Counted from the stretch's first letter, positions 1-9,564 are shown. The stretch is DNA of 32,000 bases from an archaeon (GCA_028279805.1 JANQMZ010000007.1:810001-842000); one strand, 5' to 3'. Notes: a model not told the origin generated them from the letters alone. Made by a program: numbers and translations.

Positions 1-192
1 ATAATAGGCTTCCTGTCCTGACAATTTTAACTTTTTTGCAACATGCGACGGATAAGATTCTTTTTTTGACAGTTCTTTGAAAATGTTCCATGCCTTTTCA
101 TTAAGCAAAGGTTTTACCGGTTTAATATTTTCAAAAACTTTTGTCCTGCTTTTAATTGTTTTATTGTTTTTTGTTATTTCAATTGTTTCCAT
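1..192 (-). CDS. Winged-helix (ArsR-like) transcriptional regulator; C-terminal part cut off by the window edge
   Basis: Not in the ORF track because no stop codon falls in the window. A reverse-strand ATG at 190-192 opens METIEITKNNKTIKSRTKVFENIKPVKPLLNEKAWNIFKELSKKESYPSHVAKKLKLSGQEAYY, and the frame stays open to position 1. The segment IFKELSKKESYPSHVAKKLKLSGQEAYY looks like the HTH of ArsR-type wHTH regulators. The AT-rich region 193-356 with TATA-like boxes is shared divergently with glmS. Confidence 0.45.
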   Translation of the reverse strand, partial: METIEITKNNKTIKSRTKVFENIKPVKPLLNEKAWNIFKELSKKESYPSHVAKKLKLSGQEAYY

Positions 193-356
193 AAAAAACA
201 CTAATTATTAATATATTCAAACTACTATTAATAAATTATTATAAGTAATACTAATTTTTTTAAATATTTTGCCTTACTTTGCTTAGTACTATTTACGCAA
301 TTTAAATGGTTTTTAAATACTTAAACTGAGCATTTATTTGATTTTTTGGTGAAAAA

Positions 357-2114
357 ATGTGCGGAATTACCGGTTACAAGGGTTCAAAACAGGCATCTGA
401 AATTGTTTTTCAAGGATTAAAAAAACTTGAATACCGTGGTTATGATTCATGGGGGCTGGCTGCCAAAAACAATGATTCAATTTTAGTTCAAAAACAGGCA
501 GGCAAAATTTCAGAAGCTGTTGTAAAAAAATTTCCTGAAAATCATCTCGCCATTGCACATACGCGGTGGGCAACCCATGGCAGCGTTTCAGAAAAAAATG
601 CCCATCCTCATTTTTCACAGAACAAAAAAATTGCTCTTGTTCATAACGGAATTGTTGAAAACTTTCAGGAATTAAAAAAATTTTTAACAGAAAAAGGATT
701 CTCTTTCAAATCCGATACTGACACTGAAATTATTCCAAACCTGGTTGAATATTTTTTGTCAAAAAACAAAAATTTTAAAAACGCGGTAATAAGTGCGTTG
801 CAAAAAATTGAAGGTTCTTTTGCAGTTGTTGCAGTTAACTCAGATTCAAATGAATTAATCGGTGCGAAAAACGGTTCGCCTTTAATTGTAGGCTTAAAAG
901 ATGAAGAATTTTTTATAGCTTCAGACGTTCCGGCTTTTCTTGATTTTACAAAAAAAATTGTTTTTTTGAATGACAACGAACTTGTTTCAATTAATTCTCA
1001 GCCTGAATTTTTTAATATTGAAAACGGAAAAAAAATTTTAAAAAAAACTGAAACAATTTCCTGGTCTTTGGAGCAGGCAAAAAAAGGTTCTTTTTCCACT
1101 TTTATGTTAAAAGAAATCAATGAGCATCCTCAGGCTATAAGACAGGCTGCAGAGCAGGACCCGGTTAAAATGAAAAAAGTTGCAAATCTGTTAAAAAATT
1201 CGGATAAAATTTTTTTAACAGGCTGCGGTTCATCTTATCATGCCTGCCTTTCCGGGCAGGATTGGTTTTCAAAACTTGCCCGAAAACACGTAAATGTTGT
1301 GTTAAGCTCTGAATTTAAAAATTTTCAGAATTTTGTTAACAGCAAAACAGTTGTTGTGGCTGTATCCCAAAGCGGTGAAACAGCTGATGTGCTGGATGCT
1401 GTTAAAAGAGCTAGATTAAAAAATGCAAAAATTGTTTCAATTGTAAATGTTCAGGGTTCAACGTTAACAAGGTTAAGCGATGAAACAATAATGCTTAACT
1501 CAGGCCCGGAAATTTGTGTTCTGTCAACAAAAACTTATTCAGCTCAGCTAACCGTTTTAATGCTTTTGGCTTCTTTTTTGGGACAAAAACAGGATGAAAT
1601 AAAAAAACTTATTCAGAAAACTGTTTCATTTATTCCCGACCTGGTTAAGGATTTTAATACGAAAGCGGAACAACTTGCTCAAAAAATTGCATCTCAAAAA
1701 AACATTTTTGTTATCGGCAGAAACACGATGTTTGCCTCTGCACTTGAAGCCGCTTTAAAAATAAAGGAAGTGAGTTATATTCATGCAGAGGGATTTGCCG
1801 GAGGAGAATTAAAACACGGAACAATTGCTTTAATTGAAAAAAATGTTCCTGCTTTTATTTTATCAACAAACAATTCAAGAAAAGAAATTTTAAGCAATGC
1901 AATGGAAATAAAATCAAGAGGCGGAATGATTATAGGCTTGGATTCCGAGGAAAATGATTTGTTTGATTTTTTCTTTAAAGTTCCCGATGTTAATTTTGCC
2001 AACCCTGTTTTAATGGCAATTCCTTTACAATTGGTTTCCTATCATCTTGCTTTGAAAAAAAATCTTGATCCTGACAAGCCGAGAAACCTGGCAAAATCTG
2101 TAACTGTTAAATGA
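357..2114 (+). CDS. glmS: Glutamine--fructose-6-phosphate aminotransferase (isomerizing)
   Basis: The 585-aa ORF starts MCGI, giving the catalytic Cys2 of Ntn-type amidotransferases. This is followed by HTRWATHG, two SIS-like halves (GCGSSYHA, SQSGETADV) and the typical C-terminal LAKSVTVK. Confidence 0.95.
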   Translation: MCGITGYKGSKQASEIVFQGLKKLEYRGYDSWGLAAKNNDSILVQKQAGKISEAVVKKFPENHLAIAHTRWATHGSVSEKNAHPHFSQNKKIALVHNGIVENFQELKKFLTEKGFSFKSDTDTEIIPNLVEYFLSKNKNFKNAVISALQKIEGSFAVVAVNSDSNELIGAKNGSPLIVGLKDEEFFIASDVPAFLDFTKKIVFLNDNELVSINSQPEFFNIENGKKILKKTETISWSLEQAKKGSFSTFMLKEINEHPQAIRQAAEQDPVKMKKVANLLKNSDKIFLTGCGSSYHACLSGQDWFSKLARKHVNVVLSSEFKNFQNFVNSKTVVVAVSQSGETADVLDAVKRARLKNAKIVSIVNVQGSTLTRLSDETIMLNSGPEICVLSTKTYSAQLTVLMLLASFLGQKQDEIKKLIQKTVSFIPDLVKDFNTKAEQLAQKIASQKNIFVIGRNTMFASALEAALKIKEVSYIHAEGFAGGELKHGTIALIEKNVPAFILSTNNSRKEILSNAMEIKSRGGMIIGLDSEENDLFDFFFKVPDVNFANPVLMAIPLQLVSYHLALKKNLDPDKPRNLAKSVTVK

Positions 2115-2124
2115 TGTGATTTTT

Positions 2125-3480
2125 ATGAAAAAAGTTTTCGGAACAGACGGCATAAGAGGAACCGCTAACATGTATCCCATGACTCCTGAAATGGTTTTAA
2201 AAGTAGGAAAGGCTCTTGTTTTGCTTTTAAAACAGAATGGCAGCAGAAAAATTCCAAAAATTGTTATAGGAAAAGACACGCGTTTGTCCGGTTATATGCT
2301 TGAAACCGCTTTAACCGCTGGAATTGTTTCAATGGGTGCAAATGTTTATCTTGTTGGCCCCATGCCAACTCCGGCCGTGGCGCATTTAACAAAATCTTTA
2401 AACTGTGACGCCGGTATTGTTTTGTCCGCATCCCATAATCCTGCATCTGATAATGGTTTGAAAATTTTTAATTCAAAAGGCGTTAAATTGTCAGACGCAT
2501 CGGAAGAAAAAATTGAATCTTTTTTATTTTCAGAAAAACTTTTGAATAAAGCACTTGATTCTAAAAAAATAGGAAAAGCTTTTCGTGTTGAAGATGCCCG
2601 TGGAAGATATATTGAATTTGTTAAAAATTCGGTTGACAATTCTTCTTTAAATGGTTTAAAAATTGTTCTTGATTGTGCAAACGGTGCTGCGTATTCAATT
2701 GCACCAAAAGTTTTTACAGAGTTAGGTGCAAAAGTTAAAACTTTTCATAACAAGCCTGACGGTTTAAACATTAACTTAAACTGTGGCGCGACAAAACCTC
2801 ACTTTATTCAGAAAGAAACTGTTAAACAAAAAGCTGATTTGGGAATTGCTTTGGACGGGGATGCTGACAGGGTAATTGTTTGTGATTCAAACGGCAAAAT
2901 TGTTGATGGCGATTTTATTATGAGCATTCTTGCTCTGAATCTGCTTGAAAAAGGAATGCTGAAAAAGAAAACAGTTGTCGGAACACAGATGACTAATTCG
3001 GGAATTGAAGAGTTTTTAAAAAAACACAAAATAAGTCTTGTAAGAACAAAAGTCGGGGACAGATATGTTGTTGAAGAAATGGAAAAAAATGATTATTTTT
3101 TAGGCGGGGAAAGCTCGGGCCATATTATAATGAAACAGCATTCAACAACGGGGGACGGGATTTTAACGGCTTTACAGCTTGTTAATATTTTAAATGAAAA
3201 AAATTCAAAATTATCGCATTTGATTAAAAAAATAAAGCCTTTCCCGTTTGTTCTGGAAAATGTTTCAGTTAGGCAAAAAATTCCTTTTAATCAGATGCCT
3301 TTGGTTTCAAAAGAAATTAAAAAAGCGGAAAAAAAACTTAAAGGAAAAGGCCGTGTCCTTGTAAGATATTCCGGAACAGAAAACGTTGCGAGAGTAATGG
3401 TTGAGGGAAAAAACAATAAAACAATTAAAAATCTGGCTTTAAAAATTGTTAAAGCAATTAAAAAAGAGGCAAAAAAATGA
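2125..3480 (+). CDS. glmM: Phosphoglucosamine mutase
   Basis: Motifs present are GTDGIRG near the N-terminus, the SASHNPASDNG phosphoserine loop, the LDGDADR metal loop and GGESSGH. The track start at 2116 is a GTG. I prefer the ATG at 2125 (MKKVFGTDGIRG), but this is not proven. Confidence 0.9.
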   Translation: MKKVFGTDGIRGTANMYPMTPEMVLKVGKALVLLLKQNGSRKIPKIVIGKDTRLSGYMLETALTAGIVSMGANVYLVGPMPTPAVAHLTKSLNCDAGIVLSASHNPASDNGLKIFNSKGVKLSDASEEKIESFLFSEKLLNKALDSKKIGKAFRVEDARGRYIEFVKNSVDNSSLNGLKIVLDCANGAAYSIAPKVFTELGAKVKTFHNKPDGLNINLNCGATKPHFIQKETVKQKADLGIALDGDADRVIVCDSNGKIVDGDFIMSILALNLLEKGMLKKKTVVGTQMTNSGIEEFLKKHKISLVRTKVGDRYVVEEMEKNDYFLGGESSGHIIMKQHSTTGDGILTALQLVNILNEKNSKLSHLIKKIKPFPFVLENVSVRQKIPFNQMPLVSKEIKKAEKKLKGKGRVLVRYSGTENVARVMVEGKNNKTIKNLALKIVKAIKKEAKK

Positions 3481-4076
3481 TAAAAGAATTAAGTGAAAAA
3501 ATTTCAAAAGGAAAAGAATTCAGGTTCTGGGAATATCTGGACAAACTAGAAGTTTTTGTTAACAAATTTGATGAAAAAAATTCCGGAACAATTGAAAAAA
3601 ATGTTATAATTAACGGAAAACTTTTTCTGGGAAAAAATTCTGTCATTAAATCCGGTACAAGAATTGAGGGAAATGTTGTTGTAGGAAAAAATTGTGTTAT
3701 TGGCCCGAATGCTTTTTTAAGAAAAAATGTTTTAATTGAGGATAACTGTAAAATTGCAAATTCTGAAATTAAAAATTCAATTATTTTAAAAAATTCTAAC
3801 ATTCCTCATTTTTCTTATGTTGGCGATTCAATTTTAGGTGAAAATGTTAATTTTGGAGCCGGAACAAAAATTGCAAATTTAAGGTTTGATAATAAAAATA
3901 TTAATGTGGCAATTGAAGGAAAAAAAATTAATTCAAAGAGAAGAAAACTGGGAGCATTAATCGGGCATAATACTAAAACAGGAATAAATTCAGGCATTAA
4001 CTGCGGAATAATTATAGGCAATAACCAGAAAATTTTTCCCGGAAAAATTGTGTCAAAAAATCTGAAAAGCCTTTAA
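3477..4076 (+). CDS. Left-handed beta-helix (hexapeptide-repeat) acetyltransferase, GlmU C-terminal-domain-like; probable GlcN-1-P N-acetyltransferase
   Basis: Hexapeptide periodicity is visible (GKNSVIKSGTRIEGNVVVGKNCVIGPNAFLRKNVLIEDNCKIANSEIKNSII), followed by ANLRFDNK...KLGALIGHNTKTGINSGINCG. An ATGA start/stop overlap with glmM at 3477-3480 indicates co-translation in a glmS-glmM cluster. No nucleotidyltransferase domain is present in this ORF. Confidence 0.75.
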   Translation: MIKELSEKISKGKEFRFWEYLDKLEVFVNKFDEKNSGTIEKNVIINGKLFLGKNSVIKSGTRIEGNVVVGKNCVIGPNAFLRKNVLIEDNCKIANSEIKNSIILKNSNIPHFSYVGDSILGENVNFGAGTKIANLRFDNKNINVAIEGKKINSKRRKLGALIGHNTKTGINSGINCGIIIGNNQKIFPGKIVSKNLKSL

Positions 4077-4077
4077 T

Positions 4078-6657
4078 TTACAGTCCTAATTTTTTTCCTG
4101 TAACCGCATCAATTAAAATGGTTCTTTCTTTTCCGTTTTTTTGCCTGAATTTGGCTTCATAAACAGGCCAGTAAATCTCTTCTGTTGTGGTTACATCAAG
4201 GTTTTTCCACAGTTTTTGCATTATTTCTTTTGCCTGGTTTTTTGAAATTTTTTCAGCCAGCTTAATCAGAACATCTGATTCTGATACCGGCAATTCCGAT
4301 AAAGAATTCATAAGATTATGAAAAGGGTTTGCCGGAATATGCAGATTTTTGGCTTCATATAATAATAACTGGTTTTGTTTTTTTGTTGAAATGATTTCCC
4401 TGTTTTCCAGTGTTTTTAAAATTTTCATTGTTTTGTCCTGTGCAAAACCTGAAAGTTTTGCTATATCGTTAAGGCTTTTGTTTTTTCCCATCAATGAATT
4501 TAAAACTCTTAATTCTTTTTCCTCCAACTCATACAATTGTTTCAAACCTTTTGATTCTATGAACTGGTTTGTTTTAAAATGCAAAAATTCGCCTGTTTGG
4601 GAGTTGATAAAAGTCTGGCCTTGCCGGAACGCATTTTCATTTTTTTCCTTATAATTAAATTTTATTTTATAAACCGGTAAATGTTTTAGAATAATTTCTT
4701 CAAATTCTTCTTCTTCTCCTAAAAATCCAAGTGTTTTTTTCTTTCTTAAATTGTTAGCCAATTGTGCTGCTTTTTCCTCTCCTATTCTGTCAGAAAAAGC
4801 AAGCAATGTTACAGGTTCTTCAAATGTTTCTGTTTGCTCTTCAACCTGTTCAACATCTTTTTCTTCAATTCCTTCTTCAACCAAATGTTCTTCTTCAGTC
4901 AGTGAAATAATTTTTTCTTCATTGTTTATTTCTGTTTCTTTTTCTTCCAATCCTTTTAATAATTCTTCAAAAGTTGTCCGGGCGTTATTTTTTTTATTCA
5001 GTTTTTGCAATTCTTTTTCAGCTGCATCAAATGTTAATTCTTTTTCTCTTTTCAGTTTTCTCCAAACAAATTCAACCGCAAAAAACAAAGCTTTTTCAGG
5101 AGGCAAATTTTTTGCAATTGTTTCAGCTTCCCTGCCTTCATGCTGGCTCATTCTCGGCCTGACTTTCATTATAAATGCTCTGCTTGTTTCTTCCTGCCTG
5201 TCACCTGTCAAACAGGTTCCGATTGAAAGCATTTTGATAAAATTTGATGCTTTGTATTTGCGGGGAATAATTGTAGGGGTTCTTTTTAAAACAGCCTTAA
5301 TATCATCGTTAAACACAAGTTTAAATGACATAATTGTATCCAGCTGGCTTAAAACTTTTGAGTCAATGGCTGATGGCTGTTGTGTGGCAAAAACCAGTGA
5401 ACAGCCCGGTCTTCGGCCCTGTTTTACATATTCAACCAGTGAGTTTGTTGCGGGAGTTGCCTGATTGCCGGACGGAATTAAAGTGTGAGCTTCATCTATA
5501 AAGAGCCATGTGGCAGGAATTCCTGTTTCAAGCAAATCTTCTTTTTTTTGAGTTTCAAGCCTTTCAGCTGCTTCCTGTCTTGTTGTAATTTTTCTCGCAG
5601 CCAAAATTCTTCTTGCTAAAATTCCTACAACCAATGACGTAACATTTTCATCCAAAAAACTTGTGTCAATTATTGTTAATTGTCCTTCAGCTGACAATTC
5701 TGTTAAAGGTGTTCCTTTCTGGTCAAAAACTCCCCATGCTTTTGCAGCTTCAAACCTGCTGACCAGTGCACGAATGGAATCAGCTTTATATCCCCTGTCC
5801 CTCGAATTTAATTCTTCATCTTTTTCCAGGCAAAAAATTATATCATTTAAAGCAAAATCTTTTCCTTTTCCTTTAACGGTTTTCCCGTCCTTTATTTTAA
5901 AACCTTTTTTTACTTTTTCAAGAGATTTTTCTAACAACAAGCCGGTGGGAGAAAATCTGTCAATTCCGAAAGTTAAACACCAGTCCTGTGAATCCAGCAT
6001 TCCGGGTTGAATGGAAAAAGTTGCATCATACGTACCTTTAGGTGTTTGTTTTTCAATTCCTTTGGGAATAAACACCATTAAATTGTTCAGACCTTTTGGT
6101 TCTAAATTCCATTCCGCCAAAGCTTTTAATTCTCTTTCCTCTTTGTTGGGATAACGCATTGACCAGAAAACTCCGACCGGGTCAATTACAATTGTTCCAA
6201 CATTGTCATTCTTTAAAGCTAATTCTTCTGCAACAATTCCCATTATATAACTTTTGCCTGAACCTCTGGCTCCGCAGACAAAAACCACGTGCGGATTTAA
6301 TCCGTCCAAAAAAACATTTTTTTCATCAAAGCCTTGTTCTGAAACTTTTCCCAAATGCAATCCGGCCTGGTTTCCGAATCTTTTAAACACATCTTTTTTT
6401 CTTCCGATAAAAACATTTTCATCGTCTTCTAAAAAATTTAAAGGAGGCTGAATTTGCTGGCTAACATCAGGTTCCCTGTTTTCATCAGTTTTTTTTGTTT
6501 CTTCAGCTGCCTGTATTTCCTCAATTTCTTTTGATTCCTGTTCTGCTTTTTTTATAAATTCTTCAGGTTTTTCAACGGAATCCCTGGCTTTTTTTAAAAT
6601 TTCATCTTTAACTGATTCTTTTGCGTTTTCGCCCTGCTTTTCTTCATTTTCAGCCAA
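4078..6657 (-). CDS. HerA/FtsK-superfamily (DUF87-like) P-loop ATPase with acidic N-terminal tail and a roughly 330-aa C-terminal extension containing a wHTH-like segment
   Basis: The 859-aa ORF has Walker A (VFVCGARGSGKSY), Walker B (WLFIDEAHTLIP) and GRRPGCSLVFATQQPSAIDSKVLSQLDT, typical of HerA-like ATPases. The C-terminus has an acidic linker (EEHLVEEGIEEKDVEQVEEQTE). It also has a wHTH-like KSLNDIAKLSGFAQDKTMKILKTLENREIIS flanked by two similar hairpin-like motifs (LPVYKIKF...INSQTGEF and YWPVYEAKF...IDAVTGKK). Confidence 0.75.
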   Translation of the reverse strand: MAENEEKQGENAKESVKDEILKKARDSVEKPEEFIKKAEQESKEIEEIQAAEETKKTDENREPDVSQQIQPPLNFLEDDENVFIGRKKDVFKRFGNQAGLHLGKVSEQGFDEKNVFLDGLNPHVVFVCGARGSGKSYIMGIVAEELALKNDNVGTIVIDPVGVFWSMRYPNKEERELKALAEWNLEPKGLNNLMVFIPKGIEKQTPKGTYDATFSIQPGMLDSQDWCLTFGIDRFSPTGLLLEKSLEKVKKGFKIKDGKTVKGKGKDFALNDIIFCLEKDEELNSRDRGYKADSIRALVSRFEAAKAWGVFDQKGTPLTELSAEGQLTIIDTSFLDENVTSLVVGILARRILAARKITTRQEAAERLETQKKEDLLETGIPATWLFIDEAHTLIPSGNQATPATNSLVEYVKQGRRPGCSLVFATQQPSAIDSKVLSQLDTIMSFKLVFNDDIKAVLKRTPTIIPRKYKASNFIKMLSIGTCLTGDRQEETSRAFIMKVRPRMSQHEGREAETIAKNLPPEKALFFAVEFVWRKLKREKELTFDAAEKELQKLNKKNNARTTFEELLKGLEEKETEINNEEKIISLTEEEHLVEEGIEEKDVEQVEEQTETFEEPVTLLAFSDRIGEEKAAQLANNLRKKKTLGFLGEEEEFEEIILKHLPVYKIKFNYKEKNENAFRQGQTFINSQTGEFLHFKTNQFIESKGLKQLYELEEKELRVLNSLMGKNKSLNDIAKLSGFAQDKTMKILKTLENREIISTKKQNQLLLYEAKNLHIPANPFHNLMNSLSELPVSESDVLIKLAEKISKNQAKEIMQKLWKNLDVTTTEEIYWPVYEAKFRQKNGKERTILIDAVTGKKLGL

Positions 6658-6775
6658 TTCAAAACACCGTCATAATAACACTATTTCAAAGTATTAAATG
6701 TTTTTTATGTTAATTATTGTGCTGTTCAACATGTTTCCCAATGAGCTTTAAAACACTTTTACTTAAGTTTTTTTT

Positions 6776-7507
6776 ATGGTTAAAATTGTTGTTGACGGCA
6801 AAGACATTGAATTGATTTTGCCTGACAAGAAAGCAAGAGAACTTGGCTTGGATCCGGCAAAAGGTTATGAATTTTACAGGGCTAAAAATGACACATGGGT
6901 TTTAACCCAGAAAGAGCCATCTTCAACAAAATCGCCGCCGGAAAAAAGTTTAGATGAACAAATTTTAAAAATTTTAAAAATCAAAACTTTGAGTCAAAGA
7001 GTGGAAGGAAAGTTTGAAAAATTTTTAAACCCTGAACAGTTAAAAGTTTTCAGGCAAATGCTTGAATCAGGTCAAATTGTTTTGTTTAAGTTAAGTGATA
7101 AATATTCAAAAGGCGTGTATAAAACAAAAAAAGAAATTGATGCAAAAAAACCGATTCAAAACAGGGAAACTGAAAAAAAATTTTCCTTGTCAAAACACGG
7201 TTTTACTGTTGTGCAGGAATCCGAAGCAAAATCTTTGTCAGAGGAATTTGAAGAAAAAATTAAAAACAAGGAATTGTTGGGCACCAGAGATTTTTCAGGT
7301 GAATATTTTGTTATAACAAAAGAATTGTTTGACAAGTTTAACAAAAAAGTTTTGAATTTGCTTGAAAACAATTCTCCGTTAAACCTGGAAGAATTAAGCA
7401 AAAGCCTTTCAGCTGAAAAAAAATTAATTAAGGGAATATGTTTGTTTTTACAGGAAGACGGGGAAATTATTGAAAAAACAAGAGAATCTTACAGTTTTGT
7501 GGGCTAA
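6776..7507 (+). CDS. Hypothetical protein; possible AbrB/SpoVT-like N-terminus plus winged-helix-like C-terminus
   Basis: The 243-aa ORF is divergent from the HerA-like gene. The N-terminus VKIVVDGKDIELILPDKKARELGLDPAKGYEFYRAKNDTWVL resembles swapped-hairpin AbrB/SpoVT segments. The C-terminus LNLEELSKSLSAEKKLIKGICLFLQEDGEIIEK resembles a winged helix. The assignment rests on pattern only. Confidence 0.4.
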   Translation: MVKIVVDGKDIELILPDKKARELGLDPAKGYEFYRAKNDTWVLTQKEPSSTKSPPEKSLDEQILKILKIKTLSQRVEGKFEKFLNPEQLKVFRQMLESGQIVLFKLSDKYSKGVYKTKKEIDAKKPIQNRETEKKFSLSKHGFTVVQESEAKSLSEEFEEKIKNKELLGTRDFSGEYFVITKELFDKFNKKVLNLLENNSPLNLEELSKSLSAEKKLIKGICLFLQEDGEIIEKTRESYSFVG

Positions 7508-7511
7508 GTTT

Positions 7512-7898
7512 ATGTCAAAAGTTTTATTGCCATTGTTGTCAAAAAAAGAATCAAATGAAAATTTTCTTGAAAAAGTAATCCATAAAGCAAAAGAAGTTGA
7601 TGTTTTGCTTATAATTGATACAAAGGCAATGGCAGGCTCTTTTGGTTTTGTTGGCAGTGAAGTTTTTGCCGGCAGAAAATTAATGGATGAAATTTGTAAA
7701 AAAATCGGAAAAAAACGTAAAACAGGCAACGCTTTGCTTGAATGGGGAGACACTTTTAACACAATTGTAAGAGTTGCCAAGCTGAAAGGTTCTGAAAAAA
7801 TTTTTTTAATAAAACAAAACAATAAATATTTTCGCGACCTGATTGATGTTTTAAAAAAAGAAAAAATTAAGTTTGAAACTTTGAATGTAAAGGATTAA
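7512..7898 (+). CDS. Hypothetical protein (weakly USP / adenine-nucleotide alpha-hydrolase-like)
   Basis: I use the in-frame ATG at 7512 (MSKVLLPLL) because it avoids a 38-nt overlap with the upstream gene. The alternating beta/alpha pattern (VLLIIDTKA...EKIFLIKQ) only loosely resembles universal stress proteins. Confidence 0.35.
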   Translation: MSKVLLPLLSKKESNENFLEKVIHKAKEVDVLLIIDTKAMAGSFGFVGSEVFAGRKLMDEICKKIGKKRKTGNALLEWGDTFNTIVRVAKLKGSEKIFLIKQNNKYFRDLIDVLKKEKIKFETLNVKD

Positions 7899-8980
7899 CC
7901 TAATACTATTTTTTCAGCCAAAGTTTTGTTTTTTTCAACTTTTTCTCGGTGTTTTGAAAGCATTTCCTGTAAAAATTCTATTGTCATTTTTTTAACATCG
8001 CCGCATAAAGTTTTTCCTTTTTTTTCATTTTCAATTGTGTTTTTAACAAAGTCATCTTCTGGATGGTGGAATGTTAAAATTTCACAAACTTTGCAAATAT
8101 CCGGGTTTGCTCCTGACTTTCTTTGCTCTTCGGCTGTGTTTCTGCCACCGGTAAAAGCCTTGTTTATTTTTTTCTTAATATCTTCATTTGAATCATCCAA
8201 AAATATTGCAGAATAAGGGTCTGATGCTGACATTTTTGTTCCCTGTTTTAAGCCGGACTGGTGTTTAAAGTAAACAAATGACGGTAATTCAATTTCATGG
8301 TTTACCCTGCGTGCAACATCTCTTGTTAATCTTGCATGCGGATCCTGGTCCAAGCCAATTCCTGTTATTGAAGGCATTTTTCCTTCAAATTCTTTTAACT
8401 GCGGGTGCAAAATGTCTGCATATTGCAATAATGATGCTGAAATTTTTCCCAAATCCACATGACCGTATACAGCTTCAAACATGTTTTTTGTAATTTTTTT
8501 GCTTAATTCAAATGCAAATTCGTAATATTTTTTTTCATAATTGCTTTGCACATATAAATCTTTTTCATTCAAACCCAAAGCGAGAACGTGTGCTGTATTG
8601 TTTATGGCTAATTCTTTTGCTTTTTCCATTGAAGGCATTTTATTGTCAGGCCTTGAAACATATGCATCAATGTCTGCTATTGTGAAAAAATTTTTTGCAT
8701 CCATTTGTTTGTGAAACAAAAACAGTTCAATATCAACCAAATGCCCCAAATGCAGCTTTCCTGATGATGCTATTCCTGTAATGTTAATGAACGGTTTTTT
8801 TTCCTGAATTTTTTTCAAAATTTTTTCATAATCCCTGTGTGCCATTACAATATTTCTTTTAAAAAACCGGTGATTTAATTTTTTTTTCATTTCATCCGGA
8901 AATTTTTTTAAGCCAAATTCTTTGAACACATGTTCATAGTTTTCAATTGCCTGACTGCTCCACGGGTCAATTTTTGCCAT
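7895..8980 (-). CDS. trpS: Tryptophan--tRNA ligase (archaeal/eukaryotic type)
   Basis: The 361-aa ORF starts with the N-terminal IDPW...ENYEHVFKEFG. It carries the HIGH-type motif GKLHLGH, the KMSAS motif, and a C-terminal TGGRNTAEEQRKSGANPDICKV block typical of archaeal TrpRS rather than TyrRS. Confidence 0.9.
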   Translation of the reverse strand: MAKIDPWSSQAIENYEHVFKEFGLKKFPDEMKKKLNHRFFKRNIVMAHRDYEKILKKIQEKKPFINITGIASSGKLHLGHLVDIELFLFHKQMDAKNFFTIADIDAYVSRPDNKMPSMEKAKELAINNTAHVLALGLNEKDLYVQSNYEKKYYEFAFELSKKITKNMFEAVYGHVDLGKISASLLQYADILHPQLKEFEGKMPSITGIGLDQDPHARLTRDVARRVNHEIELPSFVYFKHQSGLKQGTKMSASDPYSAIFLDDSNEDIKKKINKAFTGGRNTAEEQRKSGANPDICKVCEILTFHHPEDDFVKNTIENEKKGKTLCGDVKKMTIEFLQEMLSKHREKVEKNKTLAEKIVLG

Positions 8981-9054
8981 ATAATTACCTTTTAAGTTTG
9001 TTTGCCGGTATACTTATTATTGGTTTATTATTAAACTTTTCACGTGAGCATTTT

Positions 9055-9564
9055 ATGGTTTTTTTAATTGAAAACAAGGTTTTAATTGAAGATAATAAGA
9101 TTATTTCACAACTTGTTCAAAAAGGCTTCGGGGAAAAAAATGGCAAAATACTGGTTTTAGACTTAAATGAAGCATTATTTTTGCTTGAAAACAAAAAAAT
9201 CAAAATAAAAGATTCAAAAAACAAAACAGTTTCAAAGAAAAAAATTGTTTCATTAGGGGAAAAAATTGACAAAAAATTTTACTCAGTTTACACTGTTTTC
9301 ACCGATTTAAGAAACAGAGGTTACGTAGTTAAAACAGGCTACAAATTCGGATTTCATTTCAGAGTTTATCCACGAGGCAAAAAAGCAGGACAAGCTCATT
9401 CCAAATGGGTTGTAACAGTTTTAACACAAAATGATAAAATTAATCTGGTTGATTTCAGCAAAATGGTTCGCTTAAGCGGCAACATTCACACCAAATTATT
9501 ACTGGCGGTTGTTGATTCTGAAAATGATATCAGTTATTATGAAACTGAAAGAATAACTCCTTAA
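9055..9564 (+). CDS. endA: tRNA-splicing endonuclease (short, homotetramer-type subunit)
   Basis: The sequence TGYKFGFHFRVYPRG...HSKWVV contains the Tyr/His catalytic region, with the Lys further downstream. The length of about 170 aa from the ATG at 9055 matches alpha4-type EndA. The 36-aa extension from 8947 in the track overlaps the trpS start and looks spurious. Confidence 0.85.
   Translation: MVFLIENKVLIEDNKIISQLVQKGFGEKNGKILVLDLNEALFLLENKKIKIKDSKNKTVSKKKIVSLGEKIDKKFYSVYTVFTDLRNRGYVVKTGYKFGFHFRVYPRGKKAGQAHSKWVVTVLTQNDKINLVDFSKMVRLSGNIHTKLLLAVVDSENDISYYETERITP

Noticed and set aside
4751-5464. A 237-aa plus-strand ORF, with neighbours at 4349-4654, 5663-6010 and 6096-6451, antisense to the HerA-like gene.
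   Set aside because: The products are Ser/Phe-rich and low-complexity. They mirror the Glu/Lys-rich codons of a well-supported 859-aa gene on the other strand.
8947-9054. A 36-aa N-terminal extension of endA proposed by the ORF track (MPDCSTGQFLPYNY...).
   Set aside because: It overlaps the trpS start region on the opposite strand. The internal ATG at 9055 gives a protein of canonical EndA length that begins at the conserved N-terminal domain.
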